This document shows, one piece after another, positions 12,601 to 27,845 of a DNA stretch of 64,000 nucleotides. The notes under the pieces are model-generated. The model searched no databases. It worked only from the letters and a program-made list of their open reading frames with translations, and was not told the DNA's origin. This DNA comes from Macrostomum lignano (taxonomy: Eukaryota). The stretch spans positions 48,523 through 112,522 of the forward strand of contig NIVC01003196.1 in NCBI GenBank assembly GCA_002269645.1, in the 5' to 3' direction. Both the position numbers and the translations under genes were made by a program. How positions within the stretch are numbered: position 1 is the stretch's first letter; each line of letters starts with the position of its first letter.

Positions 12601-15600
12601 ACACAAGACACTGCAGGACACACGGCACTGCAGGACACACGGCACTGCAGGACACACGGCACTGCAGGACACACGGCACTGCAAGACACACGGCACTGCA
12701 GGAGACACGGCACTGCAGGACACACGGCACTGCAAGACACACGGCACTGCAGGAGACACGGCACACACGGCACTGCAGGACACACGGCACTGCAGGACAC
12801 ACGGCACTGCAGGAGACACGGCACTGCAGGACACACGGCACTGCAAGACACACGGCACTGCAGGAGACACGGCACACACGGCACTGCAGGACACACGGCA
12901 CTGCAGGACACACGGCACTGCAGGACACACGGCACTGCAGGACACAGGGCACTGCAGGACACACGGCACACAAGACACTGCAGGACACACGGCACTGCAG
13001 GACACACGGCACTGCAGGACACACGGCACTGCAGGACACACGGCACTGCAAGACACACGGCACTGCAGGAGACACGGCACTGCAGGACACACGGCACTGC
13101 AAGACACAGGGCACTGCAGGAGACACGGCACACACGGCACTGCAGGACACACGGCACTGCAGGACACACGGCACTGCAGGAGACACGGCACTGCAGGACA
13201 CACGGCACTGCAAGACACACGGCACTGCAGGAGACACGGCACACACGGCACTGCAGGACACACGGCACTGCAGGACACACGGCACTGCAGGACACACGGC
13301 ACTGCAGGACACACGGCACTGCAGGACACACGGCACTGCAGGACACAGGGCACTGCAGGACACACGGCACACAAGACACTGCAGGACACACGGCACTGCA
13401 GGACACACGGCACTGCAGGACACACGGCACTGCAGGACACACGGCACTGCAAGACACACGGCACTGCAGGAGACACGGCACTGCAGGACACACGGCACTG
13501 CAAGACACACGGCACTGCAGGACACAGGGCACTGCAGGACACACGGCACACAAGACACTGCAGGACACACGGCACTGCAGGAGACACGGCACTGCAGGAC
13601 ACACGACACTGAAGGACACACGAAACTGCAGGACACATCGCACTGCAGGACACACGGCACTGCAGGACACACGGCACTGCAGGAGACACGGCACTGCAGG
13701 ACACACGGTACTGCAGGACACACGGCACTGCAGGACACACGGCACTGCAGGACACACGGCACTGCAGGACACACGGCACTGCAGGACACACGGCACTGCA
13801 GGACACAGGGCACTGCAGGACACACGGCACACAAGACACTGCAGGACACACGGCACTGCAGGACACATGGCACTGCAGGAGACACGGCACTGCAGGACAC
13901 ACGGCACTGCAGGACACACGGCACTGCAGGAGACACGGCACTACAGGACACACGGCACTGCAGGACACATGGCACTACAGGACACACGGCACTGCAGGAC
14001 ACAGGGCACTGCAGGACACACGGCACACAAGACACTGCAGGACACACGGCACTGCAGGACACACGGCACTGCAGGACACACGGCACTGCAGGACACACGG
14101 CACTGCAAGACACACGGCACTGCAGGAGACACGGCACTGCAGGACACACGGCACTGCAAGACACACGGCCTTGCAGGAGACACGGCACACACGGCACAGC
14201 AGGACACACGGCACTGCAGGACACACGGCACTGCAGGAGACACGGCACTGCAGGACACACGGCACTGCAAGACACACGGCACTGCAGAAGACACGGCACA
14301 CACGGCACTGCAGGACACACGGCACTGCAGGACACACGGCACTGCAGGACACACGGCACTGCAGGACACACGGCACTGCAGGACACAGGGCACTGCAGGA
14401 CACACGGCACACAAGACACTGCAGGACACACGGCACTGCAGGACACACGGCACTGCAGGACACACGGCACTGCAGGACACACGGCACTGCAAGACACACG
14501 GCACTGCAGGAGACACGGCACTGCAGGACACACGGCACTGCAAGACACACGGCACTGCAGGAGACACGGCACACACGGCACTGCAGGACACACGGCACTG
14601 CAGGACACACGGCACTGCAGGAGACACGGCACTGCAGGACACACGGCACTGCAAGACACACGGCACTGCAGGAGACACGGCACACACGGCACTGCAGGAC
14701 ACACGGCACTGCAGGACACACGGCACTGCAGGACACACGGCACTGCAGGACACACGGCACTGCAGGACACACGGCACTGCAGGACACAGGGCACTGCAGG
14801 ACACACGGCACACAAGACACTGCAGGACACACGGCACTGCAGGACACACGGCACTGCAGGACACACGGCACTGCAGGACACACGGCACTGCAAGACACAC
14901 GGCACTGCAGGAGACACGGCACTGCAGGACACACGGCACTGCAAGACACACGGCACTGCAGGACACAGGGCACTGCAGGACACACGGCACACAAGACACT
15001 GCAGGACACACGGCACTGCAGGAGACACGGCACTGCAGGACACACGACACTGAAGGACACACGAAACTGCAGGACACATCGCACTGCAGGACACACGGCA
15101 CTGCAGGACACACGGCACTGCAGGAGACACGGCACTGCAGGACACACGGTACTGCCGGACACACGGCACTGCAGGACACACGGCACTGCAGGACACACGG
15201 CACTGCAGGACACAGGGCACTGCAGGACACACGGCACTGCAGGACACACGGCACTGCAGGACACACGGCACTGCAGGACACAGGGCACTGCAGGACACAG
15301 GGCACTGCAGGACACATGGCACTGCAGGACACACGGCACTGCAGGACACACGGCACTGCAGGACACAGGGCACTGCAGGACACACGGCACACAAGACACT
15401 GCAGGACACACGGCACTGCAGGACACATGGCACTGCAGGAGACACGGCACTGCAGGACACAGGGCACTGCAGGACACACGGCACTGCAGGACACACGGCA
15501 CTGCAGGACACACGGCACTGCAGGACACAGGGCACTGCAGGACACAGGGCACTGCAGGACACATGGCACTGCAGGACACACGGCACTGCAGGACACACGG

Positions 15601-18600
15601 CACTGCAGGACACAGGGCACTGCAGGACACACGGCACACAAGACACTGCAGGACACACGGCACTGCAGGACACATGGCACTGCAGGAGACACGGCACTGC
15701 AGGACACACGGCACTGCAGGACACACGGCACTGCAGGAGACACGGCACTACAGGACACACGGCACTGCAGGACACATGGCACTACAGGACACACGGCACT
15801 GCAGGACACAGGGCACTGCAGGACACACGGCACACAAGACACTGCAGGACACACGGCACTGCAGGACACACGGCACTGCAGGACACACGGCACTGCAGGA
15901 CACACGGCACTGCAAGACACACGGCACTGCAGGAGACACGGCACTGCAGGACACACGGCACTGCAAGACACACGGCCTTGCAGGAGACACGGCACACACG
16001 GCACTGCAGGACACACGGCACTGCAGGACACACGGCACTGCAGGAGACACGGCACTGCAGGACACACGGCACTGCAAGACACACGGCACTGCAGAAGACA
16101 CGGCACACACGGCACTGCAGGACACACGGCACTGCAGGACACACGGCACTGCAAGACACACGGCACTGCAGAAGACACGGCACACACGGCACTGCAGGAC
16201 ACACGGCACTGCAGGACACACGGCACTGCAGGACACACGGCACTGCAGGACACACGGCACTGCAGGACACAGGGCACTGCAGGACACACGGCACACAAGA
16301 CACTGCAGGACACACGGCACTGCAGGACACACGGCACTGCAGGACACACGGCACTGCAGGACACACGGCACTGCAAGACACACGGCACTGCAGGAGACAC
16401 GGCACTGCAGGAGACACGGCACTGCAGGACACACGGCACTGCAGGACACACGGCACTGCAGGACACACGGCACTGCAGGACACACGGCACTGCAGGACAC
16501 ACGGCACTGCAAGACACACGGCACTGCAGGAGACACGGCACTGCAGGACACACGGCACTGCAAGACACACGGCACTGCAGGAGACACGGCACACACGGCA
16601 CTGCAGGACACACGGCACTGCAGGACACACGGCACTGCAGGAGACACGGCACTGCAGGACACACGGCACTGCAAGACACACGGCACTGCAGGAGACACGG
16701 CACACACGGCACTGCAGGACACACGGCACTGCAGGACACACGGCACTGCAGGACACACGGCACTGCAGGACACACGGCACTGCAGGACACACGGCACTGC
16801 AGGACACAGGGCACTGCAGGACACACGGCACACAAGACACTGCAGGACACACGGCACTGCAGGACACACGGCACTGCAGGACACACGGCACTGCAGGACA
16901 CACGGCACTGCAAGACACACGGCACTGCAGGAGACACGGCACTGCAGGACACACGGCACTGCAAGACACACGGCACTGCAGGACACAGGGCACTGCAGGA
17001 CACACGGCACACAAGACACTGCAGGACACACGGCACTGCAGGAGACACGGCACTGCAGGACACACGACACTGAAGGACACACGAAACTGCAGGACACATC
17101 GCACTGCAGGACACACGGCACTGCAGGACACACGGCACTGCAGGAGACACGGCACTGCAGGACACACGGTACTGCCGGACACACGGCACTGCAGGACACA
17201 CGGCACTGCAGGACACACGGCACTGCAGGACACACGGCACTGCAGGACACACGGCACTGCAGGACACACGGCACTGCAGGACACACGGCACTGCAGGACA
17301 CAGGGCACTGCAGGACACAGGGCACTGCAGGACACATGGCACTGCAGGACACACGGCACTGCAGGACACACGGCACTGCAGGACACAGGGCACTGCAGGA
17401 CACACGGCACACAAGACACTGCAGGACACACGGCACTGCAGGACACATGGCACTGCAGGAGACACGGCACTGCAGGACACACGGCACTGCAGGACACACG
17501 GCACTGCAGGAGACACGGCACTACAGGACACACGGCACTGCAGGACACATGGCACTACAGGACACACGGCACTGCAGGACACACGGCACTGCAGGACACA
17601 CGGCACTGCAGGACACACGGCACTGCAGGACACAGGGCACTGCAGGACACATGGCACTGCAGGACACACGGCACTGCAAGACACACGGCACTGCAGGACA
17701 CACGGCACTGCAGGACACACGGCACTGCAGGACACATGGCACTGCAGGACACACGGCACTGCAGGACACACGGCACTGCAGGACACAGGGCACTGCAGGA
17801 CACACGGCACACAAGACACTGCAGGACACACGGCACACAAGACACTGCAGGACACACGGCACTGCAGGACACACGGCACTGCAGGACACACGGCACTGCA
17901 GGACACACGGTACTGCAGGACACACGGCACTGCAGGACACACGGCACTACAGGACACAGGGCACTGCAGGACACATGGCACTGCAAGACACACGGCACTG
18001 CAGGAGACACGGCACTGCAGGACACACGGCACTGCAAGACACACGGCACTGCAGGAGACACGGCACACACGGCACTGCAGGACACACGGCACTGCAGGAC
18101 ACAGGGCACTGCAGGACACATGGCACTGCAGGACACACGGCACTGCAAGACACACGGCACTGCAGGACACACGGCACTGCAGGACACACGGCACTGCAGG
18201 ACACATGGCACTGCAGGACACACGGCACTGCAGGACACACGGCACTGCAGGACACAGGGCACTGCAGGACACACGGCACACAAGACACTGCAGGACACAC
18301 GGCACACAAGACACTGCAGGACACACGGCACTGCAGGACACACGGCACTGCAGGAGACACGGCACTGCAGGACACACGGTACTGCCGGACACACGGCACT
18401 GCAGGACACACGGCACTGCAGGACACACGGCACTGCAGGACACAGGGCACTGCAGGACACACGGCACTGCAGGACACACGGCACTGCAGGACACACGGCA
18501 CTGCAGGACACAGGGCACTGCAGGACACAGGGCACTGCAGGACACATGGCACTGCAGGACACACGGCACTGCAGGACACACGGCACTGCAGGACACAGGG

Positions 18601-21600
18601 CACTGCAGGACACACGGCACACAAGACACTGCAGGACACACGGCACTGCAGGACACATGGCACTGCAGGAGACACGGCACTGCAGGACACAGGGCACTGC
18701 AGGACACACGGCACTGCAGGACACACGCACTGCAGGACACACGGCACTGCAGGACACAGGGCACTGCAGGACACAGGGCACTGCAGGACACATGGCACTG
18801 CAGGACACACGGCACTGCAGGACACACGGCACTGCAGGACACAGGGCACTGCAGGACACACGGCACACAAGACACTGCAGGACACACGGCACTGCAGGAC
18901 ACATGGCACTGCAGGAGACACGGCACTGCAGGACACACGGCACTGCAGGACACACGGCACTGCAGGAGACACGGCACTACAGGACACACGGCACTGCAGG
19001 ACACATGGCACTACAGGACACACGGCACTGCAGGACACAGGGCACTGCAGGACACACGGCACACAAGACACTGCAGGACACACGGCACTGCAGGACACAC
19101 GGCACTGCAGGACACACGGCACTGCAGGACACACGGCACTGCAAGACACACGGCACTGCAGGAGACACGGCACTGCAGGACACACGGCACTGCAAGACAC
19201 ACGGCCTTGCAGGAGACACGGCACACACGGCACTGCAGGACACACGACACTGCAGGACACACGGCACTGCAGGAGACACGGCACTGCAGGACACACGGCA
19301 CTGCAAGACACACGGCACTGCAGAAGACACGGCACACACGGCACTGCAGGACACACGGCACTGCAGGACACACGGCACTGCAAGACACACGGCACTGCAG
19401 AAGACACGGCACACACGGCACTGCAGGACACACGGCACTGCAGGACACACGGCACTGCAGGACACACGGCACTGCAGGACACACGGCACTGCAGGACACA
19501 GGGCACTGCAGGACACACGGCACACAAGACACTGCAGGACACACGGCACTGCAGGACACACGGCACTGCAGGACACACGGCACTGCAAGACACACGGCAC
19601 TGCAGGAGACACGGCACTGCAGGACACACGGCACTGCAAGACACACGGCACTGCAGGACACAGGGCACTGCAGGACACACGGCACACAAGACACTGCAGG
19701 ACACACGGCACTGCAGGAGACACGGCACTGCAGGACACACGACACTGAAGGACACACGAAACTGCAGGACACATCGCACTGCAGGACACACGGCACTGCA
19801 GGACACACGGCACTGCAGGAGACACGGCACTGCAGGACACACGGTACTGCCGGACACACGGCACTGCAGGACACACGGCACTGCAGGACACACGGCACTG
19901 CAGGACACACGGCACTGCAGGACACACGGCACTGCAGGACACACGGCACTGCAGGACACACGGCACTGCAGGACACAGGGCACTGCAGGACACAGGGCAC
20001 TGCAGGACACATGGCACTGCAGGACACACGGCACTGCAGGACACACGGCACTGCAGGACACAGGGCACTGCAGGACACACGGCACACAAGACACTGCAGG
20101 ACACACGGCACTGCAGGACACATGCACTGCAGGAGACACGGCACTGCAGGACACAGGGCACTGCAGGACACACGGCACTGCAGGACACACGGCACTGCAG
20201 GACACACGGCACTGCAGGACACAGGGCACTGCAGGACACAGGCACTGCAGGACACATGGCACTGCAGGACACACGGCACTGCAGGACACACGGCACTGCA
20301 GGACACAGGGCACTGCAGGACACACGGCACACAAGACACTGCAGGACACACGGCACTGCAGGACACATGGCACTGCAGGAGACACGGCACTGCAGGACAC
20401 ACGGCACTGCAGGACACACGGCACTGCAGGAGACACGGCACTACAGGACACACGGCACTGCAGGACACATGGCACTACAGGACACACGGCACTGCAGGAC
20501 ACAGGGCACTGCAGGACACACGGCACACAAGACACTGCAGGACACACGGCACTGCAGGACACACGGCACTGCAGGACACACGGCACTGCAGGACACACGG
20601 CACTGCAAGACACACGGCACTGCAGGAGACACGGCACTGCAGGACACACGGCACTGCAAGACACACGGCCTTGCAGGAGACACGGCACACACGGCACTGC
20701 AGGACACACGCACTGCAGGACACACGGCACTGCAGGAGACACGGCACTGCAGGACACACGGCACTGCAAGACACACGGCACTGCAGAAGACACGGCACAC
20801 ACGGCACTGCAGGACACACGGCACTGCAGGACACACGGCACTGCAAGACACACGGCACTGCAGAAGACACGGCACACACGGCACTGCAGGACACACGGCA
20901 CTGCAGGACACACGGCACTGCAGGACACACGGCACTGCAGGACACACGGCACTGCAGGACACAGGGCACTGCAGGACACACGGCACACAAGACACTGCAG
21001 GACACACGGCACTGCAGGACACACGGCACTGCAGGACACACGGCACTGCAGGACACACGGCACTGCAAGACACACGGCACTGCAGGAGACACGGCACTGC
21101 AGGACACACGGCACTGCAAGACACACGGCACTGCAGGAGACACGGCACACACGGCACTGCAGGACACACGGCACTGCAGGACACACGGCACTGCAGGAGA
21201 CACGGCACTGCAGGACACACGGCACTGCAAGACACACGGCACTGCAGGAGACACGGCACACACGGCACTGCAGGACACACGGCACTGCAGGACACACGGC
21301 ACTGCAGGACACACGGCACTGCAGGACACACGGCACTGCAGGACACACGGCACTGCAGGACACAGGGCACTGCAGGACACACGGCACACAAGACACTGCA
21401 GGACACACGGCACTGCAGGACACACGGCACTGCAGGACACACGGCACTGCAGGACACACGGCACTGCAAGACACACGGCACTGCAGGAGACACGGCACTG
21501 CAGGACACACGGCACTGCAAGACACACGGCACTGCAGGACACAGGGCACTGCAGGACACACGGCACACAAGACACTGCAGGACACACGGCACTGCAGGAG

Positions 21601-24600
21601 ACACGGCACTGCAGGACACACGACACTGAAGGACACACGAAACTGCAGGACACATCGCACTGCAGGACACACGGCACTGCAGGACACACGGCACTGCAGG
21701 AGACACGGCACTGCAGGACACACGGTACTGCCGGACACACGGCACTGCAGGACACACGGCACTGCAGGACACACGGCACTGCAGGACACACGGCACTGCA
21801 GGACACACGGCACTGCAGGACACACGGCACTGCAGGACACACGGCACTGCAGGACACAGGGCACTGCAGGACACAGGGCACTGCAGGACACATGGCACTG
21901 CAGGACACACGGCACTGCAGGACACACGGCACTGCAGGACACAGGGCACTGCAGGACACACGGCACACAAGACACTGCAGGACACACGGCACTGCAGGAC
22001 ACATGGCACTGCAGGAGACACGGCACTGCAGGACACACGGCACTGCAGGACACACGGCACTGCAGGAGACACGGCACTACAGGACACACGGCACTGCAGG
22101 ACACATGGCACTACAGGACACACGGCACTGCAGGACACACGGCACTGCAGGACACACGGCACTGCAGGACACACGGCACTGCAGGACACAGGGCACTGCA
22201 GGACACATGGCACTGCAGGACACACGGCACTGCAAGACACACGGCACTGCAGGACACACGGCACTGCAGGACACACGGCACTGCAGGACACATGGCACTG
22301 CAGGACACACGGCACTGCAGGACACACGGCACTGCAGGACACAGGGCACTGCAGGACACACGGCACACAAGACACTGCAGGACACACGGCACACAAGACA
22401 CTGCAGGACACACGGCACTGCAGGACACACGGCACTGCAGGACACACGGCACTGCAGGACACACGGTACTGCAGGACACACGGCACTGCAGGACACACGG
22501 CACTACAGGACACACGGCACTGCAGGACAAATGGCACTGCAGGACACACGGCACTGCAGGACACACGGCACTGCAGGACACAGGGCACTGCAGGACACAC
22601 GGCACTGCAGGACACACGGCACTGCAAGACACACGGCACTGCAGAACACACGGCACTGCAGGACACAGGGCACTGCAGGACACATGGCACTGCAGGACAC
22701 ACGGCACTGCAGGACACACGGCACTGCAGGACACAGGGCACTGCAGGACACACGGCACACAAGACACTGCAGGACACACGGCACTGCAGGACACATGGCA
22801 CTGCAGGAGACACGGCACTGCAGGACACACGGTACTGCAGGACACACGGCACTGCAGGACACACGGCACTACAGGACACAGGGCACTGCAGGACACATGG
22901 CACTGCAAGACACACGGCACTGCAGGAGACACGGCACTGCAGGACACACGGCACTGCAAGACACACGGCACTGCAGGAGACACGGCACACACGGCACTGC
23001 AGGACACACGGCACTGCAGGACACACGGCACTGCAGGAGACACGGCACTGCAGGACACACGGCACTGCAAGACACACGGCACTGCAGGAGACACGGCACA
23101 CACGGCACTGCAGGACACACGGCACTGCAGGACACACGGCACTGCAGGACACACGGCACTGCAGGACACACGGCACTGCAGGACACAGGGCACTGCAGGA
23201 CACACGGCACACAAGACACTGCAGGACACACGGCACTGCAGGACACACGGCACTGCAGGACACACGGCACTGCAGGACACACGGCACTGCAAGACACACG
23301 GCACTGCAGGAGACACGGCACTGCAGGACACACGGCACTGCAAGACACACGGCACTGCAGGAGACACGGCACACACGGCACTGCAGGACACACGGCACTG
23401 CAGGACACACGGCACTGCAGGACACACGGCACTGCAGGACACAGGGCACTGCAGGACACACGGCACACAAGACACTGCAGGACACACGGCACTGCAGGAC
23501 ACACGGCACTGCAGGACACACGGCACTGCAGGACACACGGCACTGCAAGACACACGGCACTGCAGGAGACACGGCACTGCAGGACACACGGCACTGCAAG
23601 ACACACGGCACTGCAGGAGACACGGCACACACGGCACTGCAGGACACACGGCACTGCAGGACACACGGCACTGCAGGAGACACGGCACTGCAGGACACAC
23701 GGCACTGCAAGACACACGGCACTGCAGGAGACACGGCACACACGGCACTGCAGGACACACGGCACTGCAGGACACACGGCACTGCAGGACACACGGCACT
23801 GCAGGACACACGGCACTGCAGGACACAGGGCACTGCAGGACACACGGCACACAAGACACTGCAGGACACACGGCACTGCAGGACACACGGCACTGCAGGA
23901 CACACGGCACTGCAGGACACACGGCACTGCAAGACACACGGCACTGCAGGAGACACGGCACTGCAGGACACACGGCACTGCAAGACACACGGCACTGCAG
24001 GAGACACGGCACACACGGCACTGCAGGACACACGGCACTGCAGGACACACGGCACTGCAGGACACACGGCACTGCAGGACACACGGCACTGCAGGACACA
24101 CGGCACTGCAGGACACACGGCACTGCAGGACACAGGGCACTGCAGGAAACACGGCACACAAGACACTGCAGGACACACGGCACTGCAGGACACACGGCAC
24201 TGCAGGACACACGGCACTGCAGGACACACGGCACTGCAAGACACACGGCACTGCAGGAGACACGGCACTGCAGGACACACGGCACTGCAAGACACACGGC
24301 ACTGCAGGAGACACGGCACACACGGCACTGCAGGACACACGGCACTGCAGGACACATGGCACTGCAGGACACATGGCACTGCAGGACACAGGGCACTGCA
24401 GGACACACGGCACTGCAGGACACACGGCACTGCAGGACACAGGGCACTGCAGGAGACACGGCACTGCAGGAGACACGGCACTGCAGGACACAGGGCACTG
24501 CAGGACACACGGCACACAAGACACTGCAGGACACAGGGCACTGCAGGACACACGGCACTGCAGGACACACGGCACTGCAGGACACACGGCACTGCAGGAC

Positions 24601-25917
24601 ACACGGCACACAAGACACTGCAGGACACACGGCACTGCAGGAGACACGGCACTGCAGGAGACACGGCACTGCAGGACACACGGCACTGCAAAACACACGG
24701 CACTGCAGGAGACACGGCACACACGGTACTGCAGGACACACGGCACTGCAGGACACATGGCACTGCAGGACACACGGCACTGCAGGACACAGGGCACTGC
24801 AGGAGACACGGCACTGCAGGAGACACGGCACTGCAGGACACAGGGCACTGCAGGACACACGGCACACAAGACACTGCAGGACACAGGGCACTGCAGGACA
24901 CACGGCACTGCAGGACACACGGCACTGCAGGACACACGGCACACAAGACACTGCAGGACACACGGCACTGCAGGACACACGGCACTGCAGGAGACACGGC
25001 ACTGCAGGACACACGGCACTGCAAGACACACGGCACTGCAGGAGACACGGCACACACGGCACTGCAGGACACACGGCACTGCAGGACACACGGCACTGCA
25101 GGACACACGGCACTGCAGGACACAGGGCACTGCAGGAGACACGGCACTGCAGGAGACACGGCACTGCAGGACACAGGGCACTGCAGGACACACGGCACAC
25201 AAGACACTGCAGGACACACGGCACTGCAGGACACACGGCACTGCAGGAGACACGGCACTGCAGGACACAGGGCACTGCAGGACACACGGCACACAAGACA
25301 CTGCAGGACACACGGCACTGCAGGACACACGGCACTGCAGGACACACGGCACTGCAGGACACACGGCACTGCAGGACACAGGGCACTGCAGGAGACACGG
25401 CACTGCAGGAGACACGGCACTGCAGGACACAGGGCACTGCAGGACACACGGCACACAAGACACTGCAGGACACACGGCACTGCAGGACACACGGCACTGC
25501 AGGACACACGGCACTGCAGGACACACGGCACTGCAGGACACACGGCACTGCAGGACACACGGCACTGCAGGACACAGGGCACTGCAGGAGACACGGCACT
25601 GCAGGAGACACGGCACTGCAGGACACAGGGCACTGCAGGACACACGGCACACAAGACACTGCAGGACACAGGGCACTGCAGGACACACGGCACTGCAGGA
25701 CACAGGGCACTGCAGGAGACACGACACTGCAGGAGACACGGCACTGCAGGACACAGGGCACTGCAGGACACACGGCACACAAGACACTGCAGGACACAGG
25801 GCACTGCAGGACACACGGCACTGCAGGAGACACGGCACTGCAGGACACACGGCACACAAGGCACTGCAGGACACACGGCACTGCAGGTGCACACGGCACT
25901 GTAGGAGACACGGCAAT
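9622..25917. repeat. Giant satellite array (~16.3 kb), 17-bp unit GGCACTGCAGGACACAC
   Basis: Roughly 950 units by length. One PstI site per unit; recurrent variant blocks indicate higher-order duplication. Confidence 0.98.
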
Positions 25918-26369
25918 AAGGCTTGACAAATTAAAACAAAGCGAAAGAGTCTCAGGCTCATAATAGGTTGCCTCAGCATGTGCAAGGAATTGCAATCCAA
26001 CAACGCCTTTACTGAAGTACGAAGTACTCGTATATTGTGTTGTAGGTAGGGCGTGGGACAGGCTAGAGAATGATGTTAAGTCCAACAGGAAGCTGCACGC
26101 AACAATGGGTCCTCGAAAATCTTTTATTTGACAAAATAAGCCACTCCTGATTTTAATATACAAGTAAACTAAACATGTGTAGGCAAACCCTTTGGGAACT
26201 TTCGCACCTGTGCCCGAATTTCACTTCAAGCGAGGCCATGTCTATTGTAGCAGGATAAAATTGGAGTGCTCAGTTTGTCAATCAACATCTGATCCATTCA
26301 TTATACGATAGGCGCTGTCAGTCTCTGCCTGTCCGTCCCTTGGGTCCTCGCAGCAGGTCAAGCTGAAGC

Positions 26370-26391
26370 TTAGCGCCTCCTCTTGCCAAAT
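26370..26391 (-). CDS. NPF: Neuropeptide F/Y precursor, exon 2 (R-F-G-K-R-R-R-stop)
   Basis: tttcag|A TTT GGC AAG AGG AGG CGC TAA completes RPRF-amide with a GKR amidation/cleavage site. Joined CDS is 91 aa. Candidate AATAAA at 26123-26128 (-). Confidence 0.92.
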
Positions 26392-26863
26392 CTGAAATCG
26401 GACAGTTAATTAATGCAGCCGTGAAACTTGCAATTTAATGATTGTCACGAAGCTTTATTTATCAATGCAGGAGGGATGGAGAGTTGGGGGGCCAGGAGAA
26501 AAGGTGAGAAGGGATGGGATAAAGGGAAGTGGCGCTTCTGGTCCTGGCAGCGGATACGTAGGAGAAGAGGAATGGAGAGTTTAAGAAGGAAAATAGATAT
26601 TGAGACGGGAGATAAGATAAGGAATATAGAGGTAAGATAGACAGAGAGCTGGAGATGCCGAAAGAAAGCAAGGGGATTAAACCAGGCGAGAGCAACTGAG
26701 GGGAACCTGTGGCTGAGATAATCGGCTTGAGAAGTTCGAGGCAAACTGAGGGGGGTGGTGAGACGCTCTTCAACAAAACTTCCTCGCCTCCCTCGTAATG
26801 AGGATTAAATTCCCCAGAGGATCAGCCCTGGCTGGCTGCTAGCTAATTAAAAGTTAGCAAAAT

Positions 26864-26866
<3 letters not shown>

Positions 26867-26904
<38 letters not shown>
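26867..26904. repeat. (AG)n microsatellite in NPF intron
   Basis: Read directly. Confidence 0.95.
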
Positions 26905-27119
26905 CGGGTGATTGCTATCGGAGCTGCGCTGATGAATCGGAAGAGTGGAAGGAGGGTTGCGGCGCCACCGCTGCGCCCGTTTTTAATGAAAAAATTCAAA
27001 ATGAAAAATGAAAGGGGTGGCGGGGGCCGGCTACGCGATCTGAGGATCTGGGGTTTTGGAAGTTGGGAACTAACGATCTATCATGATTCTGGCGTCTGGT
27101 ACGAGTATGGGGCTTAAGG

Positions 27120-27370
27120 ATCTTGGATATGCGATCTGAGGAACTTGATGATGGGTCTGAGGATCTGGGGATCTGAGGATCTGGGGATCTGAGGATCTGG
27201 GGATCTGAGGATCTGGGGATCTGGAATCCAGGGATCTGAGGATCTGGGGATCTGGAATCCAGGGATCTGAGGATCTGGGGATCTGAGGATCTGGGGATCT
27301 GAGGATCTGGGATCTGAGGATCTGGGGATATGAGGATCTGGGGATCTGAGATCTGGGGGTCTGAGGATCT
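27120..27370. repeat. 16-bp minisatellite GGATCTGAGGATCTGG starting at the NPF donor site
   Basis: Tandem copies immediately after the 5' splice site. Confidence 0.95.
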
Positions 27371-27373
27371 CAC

Positions 27374-27627
27374 CTGGGCCGGCTGACCATGGCATAGTAC
27401 ACCTGTAGCCTGTCCAGATAATCCTTCAAGGCTGCCTCGGATTCGAAGTCGCCGTTGCCGCCGGTGGTGGCTCCGCCATCTCCCAGCTCCCTAGCCCTGT
27501 CTGAGTCCGCAGCCGACTGCAGCAGTTCGGCGACTGCGGCTCGCGGCATGGCTTCAACTTGCTGCACCAGGCAGCAAGCGACCGCAGCGAAGGTGACGGC
27601 GAGGACAAGCAGTGCGACACTCTTCAT
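27374..27627 (-). CDS. NPF: Neuropeptide F/Y precursor, exon 1 (signal peptide and most of the mature peptide)
   Basis: Signal peptide MKSVALLVLAVTFAAVACCLVQQVEA, then ...FESEAALKDYLDRLQVYYAMVSRP. Phase-2 donor AG|GTGAG lies inside the Arg codon, the conserved NPY/NPF intron position. Confidence 0.93.
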
Positions 27628-27727
27628 GGCTCAGATTGTTTGCTTGGCCTGTTGTTGGCTTCGTTAGTTCGTATAGAATATTCTTCTGGAGTCTCAGCAA
27701 GCGAGGGAGATCCGCGACTGCGACGCA

Positions 27728-27781
27728 TTTATAGCCGCGGCACCGAGACGGGGCCTCTGGGCGGGGATGTCCGGTGATTGG
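27728..27781 (-). promoter_or_regulatory. Candidate NPF core promoter: TATA box, GC box, CCAAT box
   Basis: TATAAA (-) at 27728-27733, GGGCGGGG at 27759-27766 and CCAAT (-) at 27777-27781, in canonical order about 100-150 nt upstream of the ATG. Confidence 0.65.
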
Positions 27782-27845
27782 CTGGCTGGGGGAATGCGTC
27801 TCCTCAGTAGGGCTTGGAATGATTTTAGGGAGGAATAACACGTTG

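Noticed and set aside
9425-26163. Huge ORFs (up to 3930 aa) of HCRTHGTAGHTALQDTR / CPAVPCVLQCRVSCSAV repeats
   Set aside because: The 17-bp unit is not a multiple of 3 and lacks stops, so all frames on both strands are open and encode the same cycle. Indel variants ignore frame. Not evidence of a protein.
26430-26860. Purine-rich segment in the NPF intron (similar skew at 2150-2240, 2800-2940 and, inverted, 51190-51390) as a retroelement 3' end
   Set aside because: No recognisable protein motif, tail or TSD; the similarity among segments is only compositional.
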